DNA from: an uncultured Tenacibaculum sp.
GTDB lineage: Bacteria; Bacteroidota; Bacteroidia; Flavobacteriales; Flavobacteriaceae
Assembly (NCBI GenBank): GCA_963666645.2
Contig: CAXXDB010000003.1
Coordinates: forward strand, 405,494-469,493
Direction: 5' to 3'
DNA: 64,000 nucleotides
Under the pieces are notes generated by a model. The model saw only the letters and a list, made by a program, of their open reading frames with translations. It did not search any database and was not told the origin of the DNA. Each line of letters starts with the position of its first letter. Positions within the stretch are counted from its first letter, which is position 1. Position numbers and translations under genes: made by a program. Positions 19,055 through 28,784 of the stretch are shown in pieces.

Positions 19055-21397
19055 TCTAAATATTCTCCTATACCAAGGCTTTCTTTCTGCAGCAGGATGT
19101 CCGTATCCATACCCATACCCTTTTTTCACATCAATATCGTTTAAAATGATAGCCATGTTTGATAGTTTTTTTTCTTTGTATAGTGTATCAGGAACTATTA
19201 GTGATCTCTTATCTGAATAATTTGCTCTGATAGTATATAAGGAAAGATCCATATATTTAGAAATCAAAAGTGTATCTGTGACTAAATTAACCGGGGCAGT
19301 GTCAACTATAATATAATCGTAATTTTCTTTTAATTCTGTAAAAAGTTCTGCAATTCTGTTAGACATTAGCAATTCTGCCGGATTAGGAGGTATTACTCCG
19401 GAAGTAATAATATCAAGGTTCTTTAATTCCGGCACATTAAATTTTAAACTATCCCATGTAATATTTTTATTAGCAATATAATTTGTAACTCCTTCTCTAT
19501 CAATAATTTCTAAGTAATCACTAATCCTAGGAACACGTAAATCCATACCAACTAAAATTACTTTTTTGGTCGATAAGGCTAAAGTAGAAGCTAAATTTAT
19601 GGAAACAAATGATTTACCTTCTCCACTTGTAGTAGATGTAATGAGAATAGTTTTCCCTGTTTCTGATTTTATATCAGCTAACATGAAATTTAAGTTGGTT
19701 CGTATCAATCTAAATGCTTCTGATGTACTCGATCTGGCTTCGGGATTGATAATAATTTTTTCATTCGTTTCATTATGAGGAATATCTCCGATGAAAGGTA
19801 TAGAGGTTAATTCCTGAATATCTTTTTTAGTATGAACTTTAGTGTCCAACAAGTTTCTTGAGTAAGTAATGATAAATGGGATTAATAATCCTAATAATAG
19901 AGCAATCAGGAAAACTATTTTCTTTTTTGGAAATATAGGAATGTTTGACCCGTAAGCCTGATCTATTATTTTTGCATTAGATACAGTAACTGCTAAAGAA
20001 ATGGCTATTTCTTCCTTTTTTCTCAATAAATAGGTGTATAAACCTGTTATTATTTCTTGTTTTCTAGTGATATCTAAAAACTCTCTTTCTTTAACAGGGA
20101 TGGATAATATTTTTGAATTGACGATATCTGCTTCTTTGGTAAAATCATTTAGATTGAATTGTAAAGCTCTTTCTTGATTTTGTAAACTACTTTTTAGAGC
20201 CTCTCTTAGATTATCAATATTGTTTTGCAGCTCTACTATAACGAAATTCTTTTTTCCTGCAGTCTTTAATAATCTGTTTTTTTTAATTAATAATTCATTA
20301 TACTCAGCAATAGATCTACCTATATTGAAATCTTGTAGCCCCAAATTGAGAGGTAGAATTCCTTCGGGTTTTTTTAACTCATCATTCAGAGATTTAACAA
20401 TATTCAATTGAATATTAATATTAATTAATTTTTCTTTATTTGAAGAGCTGGATTGTAAGGCTATTTGTGTTTCAGATTGAATATCCGTAATATTATTATC
20501 TTTTTTGAACGTTTTTACTTTATCTTCAACCACTGCAAGTTCTTTTCCAACACTTGATAATCGTTCATTTATAAATGTTATAGTCTTCTGAAAAACTTCA
20601 CCTTTATCTTCTTTTGCCTCTAAATTATATTGTGTAATTATAGCATCAAGAACATCTTCACTTTTCCGTAAAATATTTGATTTTAACGATATCTTCAGTA
20701 CGCTGGAATTTATGTTAACTGGTTTTACTGAAACTCTTCTGATAAGCTGATCGATTACTTGATTTTTGGAACGAAGAATTACAATTAATTGATTATTAAT
20801 AAATTCTTTATCAAAATAGTTGGTTCGTGTAATAGAAACATTATCTATATTTCCTATAGTAAAAGATTCTCCAAAAATTAATGAATCACTTAATATATCA
20901 TTTTCTACATCTAAGATTTTAAACTCTGTTTCCGATTTAAATTTTATTATAAAAACCTTACTGCTCTCAAGATTGTCTATACTTAAAGGATTATTAATGT
21001 TAAATTTAATTGGAGAAGTATTGTAAAGTTCTGAATTTTTAACTCTTCCCTCCTTAATATATTGGATATTTAAATTTAACTCTGTTACAACATCACCTAA
21101 TATTTTTCTGGATTTTATGATTTCTATTTCATTATCAGGATTATTGCTAGACCTTCCCCCAATAATCCCTAAATCCTCAAAAGCTGCTAATTCCGCTGAT
21201 ATCCCCGACTTTTTATTATCTTTTATCATAATGGTAGCAGTGGCAATATATTTTGGTGTAACATATCTTAAATATAAAAATGCTAATATTATACTTATAA
21301 TAGCCCCCGATAAAAACCATTTCCAATGGGTAAGATATCTTTCTATTTGATCTCTTAAATCAATAGCATTGTTATTTTCTGTTTGCTGATTATTCAT
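19049..21397 (-). CDS. wzc: Polysaccharide co-polymerase/tyrosine kinase (Wzc/GumC)
   Basis: Two TM helices around a periplasmic coiled coil, Walker A SGEGKS, IIVDTAP, Tyr-rich tail GYGYGYG. Confidence 0.9.
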   Translation of the reverse strand: MNNQQTENNNAIDLRDQIERYLTHWKWFLSGAIISIILAFLYLRYVTPKYIATATIMIKDNKKSGISAELAAFEDLGIIGGRSSNNPDNEIEIIKSRKILGDVVTELNLNIQYIKEGRVKNSELYNTSPIKFNINNPLSIDNLESSKVFIIKFKSETEFKILDVENDILSDSLIFGESFTIGNIDNVSITRTNYFDKEFINNQLIVILRSKNQVIDQLIRRVSVKPVNINSSVLKISLKSNILRKSEDVLDAIITQYNLEAKEDKGEVFQKTITFINERLSSVGKELAVVEDKVKTFKKDNNITDIQSETQIALQSSSSNKEKLININIQLNIVKSLNDELKKPEGILPLNLGLQDFNIGRSIAEYNELLIKKNRLLKTAGKKNFVIVELQNNIDNLREALKSSLQNQERALQFNLNDFTKEADIVNSKILSIPVKEREFLDITRKQEIITGLYTYLLRKKEEIAISLAVTVSNAKIIDQAYGSNIPIFPKKKIVFLIALLLGLLIPFIITYSRNLLDTKVHTKKDIQELTSIPFIGDIPHNETNEKIIINPEARSSTSEAFRLIRTNLNFMLADIKSETGKTILITSTTSGEGKSFVSINLASTLALSTKKVILVGMDLRVPRISDYLEIIDREGVTNYIANKNITWDSLKFNVPELKNLDIITSGVIPPNPAELLMSNRIAELFTELKENYDYIIVDTAPVNLVTDTLLISKYMDLSLYTIRANYSDKRSLIVPDTLYKEKKLSNMAIILNDIDVKKGYGYGYGHPAAERKPWYRRIFRS

Positions 21398-21404
21398 TTA
21401 AATT

Positions 21405-22178
21405 TTATCTGGTTAGAATGTTAATAAGTGAAATAATTATAGACCCTATGGAAACAAATAAACCTGTATTTCTATTAAATGCCGCATCCTGTGAAGATGC
21501 TTTATTTTGATCTACATACACTAAATCGTTTTGCTGAAGATAATATGCAGGCGATGTAAATATTTCATTGGATCTTAAGTCCATATCATATCGAATCTTT
21601 TGACCATCAATCTCTCTAAACACCTTAATGGTATTTCTCTTTCCGGTAATATTTAAATCTCCTGCCAAACCAATTGCCTCTAGTACAGTTATTCTTTCAT
21701 CAGGTATTGTAAAAGTACCGGGTCTTTTTACATCTCCTAATACTGTAACAGAAAAATTAGTAATTCTGATATTTATAGTTGGATCCTTAATATAATCAGG
21801 GGCTAACTTATTTTCTAGAAGCTTTAAAACCTCATTCCTGGTCAATCCGCCTATTTTTAACTTGCCTATCACAGGGAAATCAATATATCCATCATTATCA
21901 ATCAAATAATTTTGCTGTTGCGGAGATCCGATAACTCCGCCAGAAACAGTGGAAAAATTTACCACAGGTAAGTTAAAAGGCCTTGTCGCTTCAAGATCTA
22001 AAGAAGAAATTGTTATTTGTAATAAATCGTCAGATTTGAATATTGTATTATAGATATTGGATACTTTGGATTGATTAATTTTGTCATTCTGAAAATAGGT
22101 GATGTTTTTTTTAGAAACACAAGATGTAGTCAGAGATACAAATACTATAAAAAGAATAATTTTATTTGCTTTTTGCAT
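21405..22178 (-). CDS. wza: Polysaccharide export outer-membrane lipoprotein (Wza)
   Basis: Lipobox TTSC, G.IDFPVIG, VLGDVKRPG, LEAIGLAGDL, LQQND.VYV. Confidence 0.9.
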   Translation of the reverse strand: MQKANKIILFIVFVSLTTSCVSKKNITYFQNDKINQSKVSNIYNTIFKSDDLLQITISSLDLEATRPFNLPVVNFSTVSGGVIGSPQQQNYLIDNDGYIDFPVIGKLKIGGLTRNEVLKLLENKLAPDYIKDPTINIRITNFSVTVLGDVKRPGTFTIPDERITVLEAIGLAGDLNITGKRNTIKVFREIDGQKIRYDMDLRSNEIFTSPAYYLQQNDLVYVDQNKASSQDAAFNRNTGLFVSIGSIIISLINILTR

Positions 22179-22235
22179 ATATCAAAATTTCTGCGAATGT
22201 AATAAATTTAATTTAAAGACTTTTCATTTAATTAT

Positions 22236-22277
22236 TCATAAAATAGAGTTATTCGATTTTAATTCTGGTATAATCTC
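22236..22277 (-). pseudogene. Possible 3' tip of a deleted CapD/WbpM-like sugar dehydratase gene
   Basis: Reads EIIPELKSNNSIL*, resembling the IVPEF.SNNS C-terminus of flavobacterial CapD-like proteins that typically precede wza. Confidence 0.35.
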
Positions 22278-22461
22278 CTAAAATTAAATTTACCGGATAA
22301 TGTTTTTTGATAACTGTGTTTACTCATCAAATTTGTTAAAATTTCGATTTAAATAAACCCTGAAATATAATTTAATTCAAAATAAAGATAAAAAAATTTG
22401 ACTTTTAAATTTTTATAACTGAATATTTGTGAATATAAAGTTCAAGCATTTATGATATAAT

Positions 22462-22566
22462 GTTATCAGGAAAGGTGGAGGGAATAGACCCTGTGAAACC
22501 TTAGCAACCCTTTAATCTTAAAAAGAAGGTGCTAAATTCTGCCCAAAAGGAATAGGGACAGATAAC
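22462..22566 (+). ncRNA. SAM-I riboswitch
   Basis: gttatc...gataac P1, aggtggaggga, ccctgtgaaacc, gcaacc, aaggtgctaaattc core; upstream of methionine genes. Confidence 0.92.
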
Positions 22567-22802
22567 TGGAAGAAGTTTTTAAACTATCTTTTATAAAATG
22601 AAGTTTCTAATAACATTTCTCTATAAGTAACATCAATCAAAAGTGATGGAGTTTGGCTTTCGAATTAATTTTTTATTAACTCAAAAAGCAGGAAGATGAA
22701 TAAAAGAATAGTTAAAAATTCAATTTGGTCGGTAAAAGATAAAAATCTCATATCCTTTAGTCATTTTATCCAGGCGAAAATATTAATAAAAACATAAAGT
22801 TT

Positions 22803-25800
22803 ATGGAACTAAATACAATTCCAATTCTTAGTTATGTTACAGAAAACGGCACTCATTTTTCTAACATTCAATTGAGTTATCAGCTATTTGGTAAAAAACC
22901 GGGTACTGCTCCTGTAATCTTAGTAAATCATGCATTAACAGGAAATAGTAACACAGCAGGAGAAAAAGGCTGGTGGAAAGAAATTATTGGAAACAATAAA
23001 GTAATTAATACAGAAGATTATACAATTGTAAGTTTTAATATACCAGGGAATGGATACGATAATTTTATTATTGATGATTATAAAAATTTTGTAGCAAAAG
23101 ATATTGCTAAGATATTCCTGTTAGGGTTGGAAAAATTAAAAATTAAACAATTATATGCTTTAATGGGAGGTTCATTAGGAGGAGGAATTGCCTGGGAAAT
23201 GGCAGTATTGCAACCAAAAATTACAACCCATTTAATTCCTATAGCTACTGACTGGAAATCGACAGATTGGTTGATTGCTAACTGCAAGATTCAAGAATTA
23301 TTTTTAACAAACTCTACAAATCCGGTACATGATGCTCGTATGCATGCAATGCTATGTTACAGAACACCTGAATCATTCAAACAACGATTTCAGCGGAGCA
23401 GAAACGAAACCTTGCAAGTATTTAATGTAGAAAGTTGGTTATTACACCACGGAAAAAAACTACAGGAAAGATACCAATTAGCATCCTATAAGCTGATGAA
23501 TCAATTATTAAAAACAATTGATGTAACTAAAAATCAAGAGAGTGAAGATTTGCTTAAAAATATTCAAGCCAATATTCATATTGTAGGAGTAGATTCAGAT
23601 TTATTTTTTACAGCGGCAGAAAATAGAGAGACTTATAAGCAATTGGCACAAAAACACCCAAATGTTACCTATAATGAAATTAACTCAGTACATGGACATG
23701 ATGCTTTTTTAATAGAACATGAACAGTTGGAAAAAATTTTTGACCCCATTTTTAAGAAGAAGACAAATACTAAAAAAATGAAAGTTTTGAAGTTTGGAGG
23801 AAAATCCTTATCCAATAAAGGAATTCAAAAGGCAATAGATATTATTGAGCGTAAAATTAATAAAGGTGAACGAATAACAGTAGTAGTTTCTGCCAGAGGA
23901 AACGCAACAGATATATTAGAAACCATTTTACAAAAAGCAACTAAAAATGAAGTCTATCAAGAACAGTTAGAAGCTTTTAAATATGAACAAGCTAGATTAA
24001 CCCCTCTAATAGATTTTAATCAGGAATTTCAAAAACTTGAAAAATTATTCGAAGGAATAAATTTGTTAGGAGATTGTAGTGATAAAATTAAAGATGAAGT
24101 TTTAGCACAGGGAGAATTAATCTCAATAAAAACAGTTACTGAATTATTAAAGCAAAGAGGGATTAATGCACATGCTATTGATGCCAGAGCATTATTAAAA
24201 ACCGATGAGAGCTTTGGAAATGCAAAACCCATAGATATTATTTCTAAAGAAAATATAATAAATCATTATAAAGAACATAATGGAGCTACAGTCACCATTG
24301 TATCTGGGTTTATTGCTTCCAATTTAAAAAATGAAACCACTACTTTAGGAAGAAACGGGAGTAATTATACAGCCTCTTTACTGGCAAATTATTTAGATGC
24401 AGGAGAGCTTCAAAATTACACGCACGTAGATGGAATTTTTACGGCAAACCCGGATTTAGTAGATGATGCTAAAAAGATTGAACAACTATCATTCTCTGAA
24501 GCAAATGAATTAGCAAATTTTGGAGCAAATATTTTACATGCTAAAACAATAATTCCATTAATAGAAAAAAATATTAATCTCAGAATCCTTAACACCTTTA
24601 AGCCGGAAAATCAAGGAACACTTATTACTTCCCAATCCAATTCAAAAGGCATTAAGTCCATTTCAGTTTTAGAGAATGTAGCATTGATAAATTTTGAAGG
24701 AAGAGGATTATTAGGAAAAGTCGGAATAGCTGCAAGAATTTTTAAATCATTAAGTGACAGAGAAATAAGTATAAGTATTATTTCTCAGGGTTCTTCAGAA
24801 AGAGGAATTGGTTTGGTTGTAAATAATCAGAAAGCTTCATTGGCAGTGCAGGCTTTACAAAAAGAATTTGAATACGATTTACAAACAAAAGATGTAAATC
24901 AGATAACAATCATAAATGAAGTATCGGTAATCTCAATTATAGGACAGGATCTGAGTGAGTTTCATTTACCCTATAATGCACTAATACAAAACCAAATTAT
25001 CCCATTATTGTTTAACAATACCATAACAGGTAAAAATGTGAGCTTAGTCGTTAGAAAAAAACAGTTACATAAGACAGTAAATGTAATTCACGGACAAATT
25101 TTTGGAATCGCTAAAAAAATCAATATTGCTGTTTTCGGAAAAGGAGCAGTAGGCGGAACATTAATTAATCAAATTATAGAAAGCTCGTCAAATATTCTGG
25201 AAAGAAGAAAAGTACTATTAGTTGTTTTTGCCGTTGCAAACTCAAAAAAAGTTTTATTAAATAAAGATGGAATCGATAAAAACTGGAATGAGAAATTAGA
25301 GAAAAGTGAAATTGAAAATACCGTGAACTCTGTTATAGATTATGCAAAAAAGTATCATTTAGAAAATTTAATAGCAGTAGACAATACGGCAAGTCTGGAT
25401 TTTATAGGAGAATATATTCCTTTAGCAAAAGTAGGTTTTGATTTAGTTTCTTCAAACAAAATAGCCAATACGGTAACGCATCATTTTTATAAAAAATTAA
25501 GACAGACTCTGGAAGAAAATAAGAAAAGCTACCTTTATGAAACAAATGTAGGAGCTGGATTACCATTAATAGACACTATAAAATTATTACACGATTCTGG
25601 GGAAAATATTACAAGAATCCGTGGAGTTTTCTCAGGGTCATTAAGTTTTATATTCAATAAATTTTCTTCAGAAAATATTCCTTTCTCAGAAGTGCTGGAA
25701 GAAGCTATTGATAAAGGATTTACCGAGCCGGATCCAAGAGAAGATTTATGTGGTAATGATGTAGCCAGAAAATTATTGATTTTGGCCAGAGAGCTTGATT

Positions 25801-26192
25801 TAAAAAATGAATTTGATGAAATCTCTATAGAAAATTTAATTCCGAAAGAATACAGAGAAGGAACTGTAGAAAACTTTATTTCCAATTTAAAAAAGTTAAA
25901 CGCACACTATCAGGAAATTAAAGAGGAACAACAAAAAGATTTTGTATTAAGATATACAGGAGATTTATATGGAGATCTTCAAAAATCCAGAGGAGAATTA
26001 GATGTGAAATTAATTTCTGTTCCTAAAAATACTCCCTTAGGAAGCTTAAAAGGCTCTGATGCAATTTTTGAAATTTATACAGAATCATATGGAAATCAAC
26101 CTTTGGTAATTCAGGGAGCCGGAGCCGGAGCTGAAGTAACCGCAAGAGGCGTATTAGGAGATATATTAAGGTTAACAAAAAACAATAAATAA
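22803..26192 (+). CDS. Fusion of homoserine O-acyltransferase (MetX-like) and aspartate kinase/homoserine dehydrogenase
   Basis: NHALTG, GGSLGG nucleophile, HGHDAFL; then KVLKFGG, GRNGSNYT, DGIFTANP, ACT domains, G.GAVG, YETNVGAGLP, TEPDPREDL, GAGAGAEVTA in one 1129-aa ORF. Confidence 0.9.
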   Translation: MELNTIPILSYVTENGTHFSNIQLSYQLFGKKPGTAPVILVNHALTGNSNTAGEKGWWKEIIGNNKVINTEDYTIVSFNIPGNGYDNFIIDDYKNFVAKDIAKIFLLGLEKLKIKQLYALMGGSLGGGIAWEMAVLQPKITTHLIPIATDWKSTDWLIANCKIQELFLTNSTNPVHDARMHAMLCYRTPESFKQRFQRSRNETLQVFNVESWLLHHGKKLQERYQLASYKLMNQLLKTIDVTKNQESEDLLKNIQANIHIVGVDSDLFFTAAENRETYKQLAQKHPNVTYNEINSVHGHDAFLIEHEQLEKIFDPIFKKKTNTKKMKVLKFGGKSLSNKGIQKAIDIIERKINKGERITVVVSARGNATDILETILQKATKNEVYQEQLEAFKYEQARLTPLIDFNQEFQKLEKLFEGINLLGDCSDKIKDEVLAQGELISIKTVTELLKQRGINAHAIDARALLKTDESFGNAKPIDIISKENIINHYKEHNGATVTIVSGFIASNLKNETTTLGRNGSNYTASLLANYLDAGELQNYTHVDGIFTANPDLVDDAKKIEQLSFSEANELANFGANILHAKTIIPLIEKNINLRILNTFKPENQGTLITSQSNSKGIKSISVLENVALINFEGRGLLGKVGIAARIFKSLSDREISISIISQGSSERGIGLVVNNQKASLAVQALQKEFEYDLQTKDVNQITIINEVSVISIIGQDLSEFHLPYNALIQNQIIPLLFNNTITGKNVSLVVRKKQLHKTVNVIHGQIFGIAKKINIAVFGKGAVGGTLINQIIESSSNILERRKVLLVVFAVANSKKVLLNKDGIDKNWNEKLEKSEIENTVNSVIDYAKKYHLENLIAVDNTASLDFIGEYIPLAKVGFDLVSSNKIANTVTHHFYKKLRQTLEENKKSYLYETNVGAGLPLIDTIKLLHDSGENITRIRGVFSGSLSFIFNKFSSENIPFSEVLEEAIDKGFTEPDPREDLCGNDVARKLLILARELDLKNEFDEISIENLIPKEYREGTVENFISNLKKLNAHYQEIKEEQQKDFVLRYTGDLYGDLQKSRGELDVKLISVPKNTPLGSLKGSDAIFEIYTESYGNQPLVIQGAGAGAEVTARGVLGDILRLTKNNK

Positions 26193-26558
26193 ATGAATAT
26201 TCAATTAACAAATTATAATGAACATTTAGTATTTGAAACTCAAACAGGTTGTTTATTACTTGTAAGGGAAACCAACAATCACACATCAGTAGATACTATT
26301 TATCCAATGGAATTAATGCCGGTAAGGCTGGTTAGTTACAAGAGTATAGAAATAGTAAAAATTTTAAACAGACAGAAAATTGTTGATTTCTATTATAATA
26401 TATCTGTAGATACAGTTTGTAAAGAAGAAATAATCCCGGTAATTTTTAAAGAAAGTACTATTAACTATAGTTTCAGCGGAGAATTCAATAAGACCAAAAT
26501 AACGGAACAAACTGCCACAATTAACTATAAAATTACCCTAAACAATGAAGAGATATGA
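26193..26558 (+). pseudogene. Degenerate OsmC/YhfA-like protein, apparently lacking both conserved cysteines
   Basis: PMEL..., SIEIVKILNRQKI and TATINYKITLNNEEI resemble OsmC family; the usual ..EKYCSV.. segment is absent. Confidence 0.55.
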
Positions 26559-27721
26559 ACAAGAACTTTGAAACCCAAGCCATAAGAATTCAAAACGAAA
26601 AATCTCAATTTTCAGAACATTCTACCCCTTTATACTTAACATCCGGTTTTGTTTTTGAAGATGCCGAAGATATGAGAGCTTCTTTTGCTGAAGAAAAAGA
26701 AAGAAATTTATATAGTCGATTTTCTAATCCCAACACAACTGAATTTGTAAATAAAATTACAACAATGGAAGGAGCAGAAGCAGGATACGCTTTTGCCACA
26801 GGAATGGCAGCAGTTTTTTCAACATTTGCTGCATTATTAAATGCAGGAGATCATATTGTTTCGTCTCGTTCTGTTTTTGGTTCTACACATAGTTTATTTA
26901 CAAAATATTTTCCTAAATGGAATATTGAAACAAGCTATTTTAAAGTAAAAGAAATCAATAAAATAGAAGAGTTAATTCAATCAAATACAAAGATATTATA
27001 TGCAGAATCTCCCACAAATCCCGCAGTCGATATTTTAGATCTTGAAATATTAGCTACAATAGCAAAAAAACATAATCTGCTATTAATCATTGATAATTGT
27101 TTTGCAACTCCTTATCTACAAAACCCAATAAAATTTGGAGTCGATTTGGTCATTCACTCAGCTACTAAATTGATTGATGGACAAGGAAGAGTATTGGGTG
27201 GAGTAACTGTCGGAAAATCAAATTTAATCAAAGAAATCTATTTATTTTCAAGAAACACAGGACCTGCAATGTCTCCTTTTAACGCCTGGGTATTGTCTAA
27301 AAGTTTAGAAACCTTAGCGATACGTGTAGAAAAACATTGTGAAAATGCTTTAAAAATTGCACGATTTCTTGAGTTACATCTTAAAGTAAATTTAGTAAAA
27401 TATCCTTTTTTACCATCGCATCCTCAATATCAGATAGCCCGAAAACAAATGAAATTAGGAGGAAATATTATAGCTTTCGAAATTAAAGGAGGAGTAGAAG
27501 CAGGATGTAAATTTTTGAATAAAATTAGATTATGTTCACTTTCAGCAAATTTAGGAGATACAAGAACCATTGTTACACATCCGGCATCTACTACCCACAG
27601 TAAATTAAGTATAGAAGATCGATTAGAAGCCGGAATAACAGATGGCTTAATACGATGCTCTATCGGACTTGAATTTGTTGATGATATAATTAATGATTTA
27701 AACTATGCATTAAGTGATTAA
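26555..27721 (+). CDS. metZ: O-succinyl/acetylhomoserine sulfhydrylase (PLP trans-sulfuration enzyme)
   Basis: YSRFSNP, TGMAAV, ESPTNP, HSATK PLP lysine, NLGDTRTIVTHPASTTH. Confidence 0.8.
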   Translation: MNKNFETQAIRIQNEKSQFSEHSTPLYLTSGFVFEDAEDMRASFAEEKERNLYSRFSNPNTTEFVNKITTMEGAEAGYAFATGMAAVFSTFAALLNAGDHIVSSRSVFGSTHSLFTKYFPKWNIETSYFKVKEINKIEELIQSNTKILYAESPTNPAVDILDLEILATIAKKHNLLLIIDNCFATPYLQNPIKFGVDLVIHSATKLIDGQGRVLGGVTVGKSNLIKEIYLFSRNTGPAMSPFNAWVLSKSLETLAIRVEKHCENALKIARFLELHLKVNLVKYPFLPSHPQYQIARKQMKLGGNIIAFEIKGGVEAGCKFLNKIRLCSLSANLGDTRTIVTHPASTTHSKLSIEDRLEAGITDGLIRCSIGLEFVDDIINDLNYALSD

Positions 27722-27750
27722 AAAATCATCAGAAAGTGTATTTTTGTTAT

Positions 27751-28158
27751 ATGCTTTCTAAAAAAACGAAATATGGGATTAAAGCACTCACTTTTATTGC
27801 CAGGCAGAAAAAAGGAATAAAAACGCAAATTGCAACGATTTCTGAAAACGAAAATATATCTCATAAGTTTTTAGAAAGTATATTGCTTAGCTTACGAAAA
27901 GCAGGAGTTTTAGGAGCTAAAAAAGGCAAAGGAGGAGGGTATTATTTAATTAAAAAAGCAGAAGATGTTAAAATGACTGAGATTATCAGAACTTTAGAAG
28001 GACCTATTGCTATGGTGTCTTGTGTTAGTTTAAACTTCTATGAAAAATGCGATGACTGCCCGGATGAACAAACTTGTGCAGTTCATAAACTCATGACTCA
28101 AGTAAGGGATAATACGCTATATGTATTACGTAACACAACCCTTGCTGACTTAGTATAA
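27751..28158 (+). CDS. Rrf2-family transcriptional regulator
   Basis: MLSKKTKYG, FLESILLSL, KKGKGGGYYL, Cys cluster CVS...CDDCPDEQTC. Confidence 0.92.
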   Translation: MLSKKTKYGIKALTFIARQKKGIKTQIATISENENISHKFLESILLSLRKAGVLGAKKGKGGGYYLIKKAEDVKMTEIIRTLEGPIAMVSCVSLNFYEKCDDCPDEQTCAVHKLMTQVRDNTLYVLRNTTLADLV

Positions 28159-28187
28159 GCAATAGTCTTTTTTAAATAGCGTGAGTT

Positions 28188-28215
28188 TGATATAAAAAAG
28201 GCATTTTTTATATCA
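28188..28215. terminator. Perfect 12-bp hairpin after Rrf2
   Basis: tgatataaaaaa-ggca-ttttttatatca. Confidence 0.55.
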
Positions 28216-28379
28216 GAATATCCAGAATACAGGTATTAAGAGTTGAACGATTAAAAATCTGAAAGAATTTCCATTTAATTAGGGTTGTTGATTTTTAAGT
28301 GATTTTGTTTAGAAAAAGATGGAATACCTGGTTTTGTTATGACGATTTTCAAAAGCATATAAGTTAATATATTTGAATT

Positions 28380-28745
28380 ATGTCAAATCGAAAACATAGT
28401 GATGAGTTTAAAGTTATAATCGTTGAATTATTACAATCAGGTCAAAGTGCTAGAGAAATAAGTAAAGAATATGATTTGAATGGTAGTATAATCAGGAATG
28501 TGGTCTAAATCCCGAAAGTTGAATTTTGGAGATTTTTCTAAAAAGAGAGTACTGAGATACCACAAGAATTAGAAATTAAGAATTTACAGGAAGAATTATG
28601 AGAGATAAAATTAGAACGATATACTTTAAAAAAAGTGGTAAGCATCTTTTCCGGGAGTGACAGTTAAGGTAGCAGTTTATAAAATCTCATAGTGACAACT
28701 TTCCTGTTGAAAGGATGTGTCTTTGCATGAAGAGAACAAGTGGAA
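28380..28745 (+). mobile_element. IS3-family transposase remnant (orfA and start of orfB)
   Basis: MSNRKHSDEFKVIIVELLQSGQSAREISKEY HTH, LKKVVSIFS with an A7G slippery motif, then FIKSHSDNFPVERMC; stops and frameshifts. Confidence 0.8.
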
Positions 28746-28784
28746 TTATCTAACAACTATTATAGATTTAGCAGATAGTTTTAA

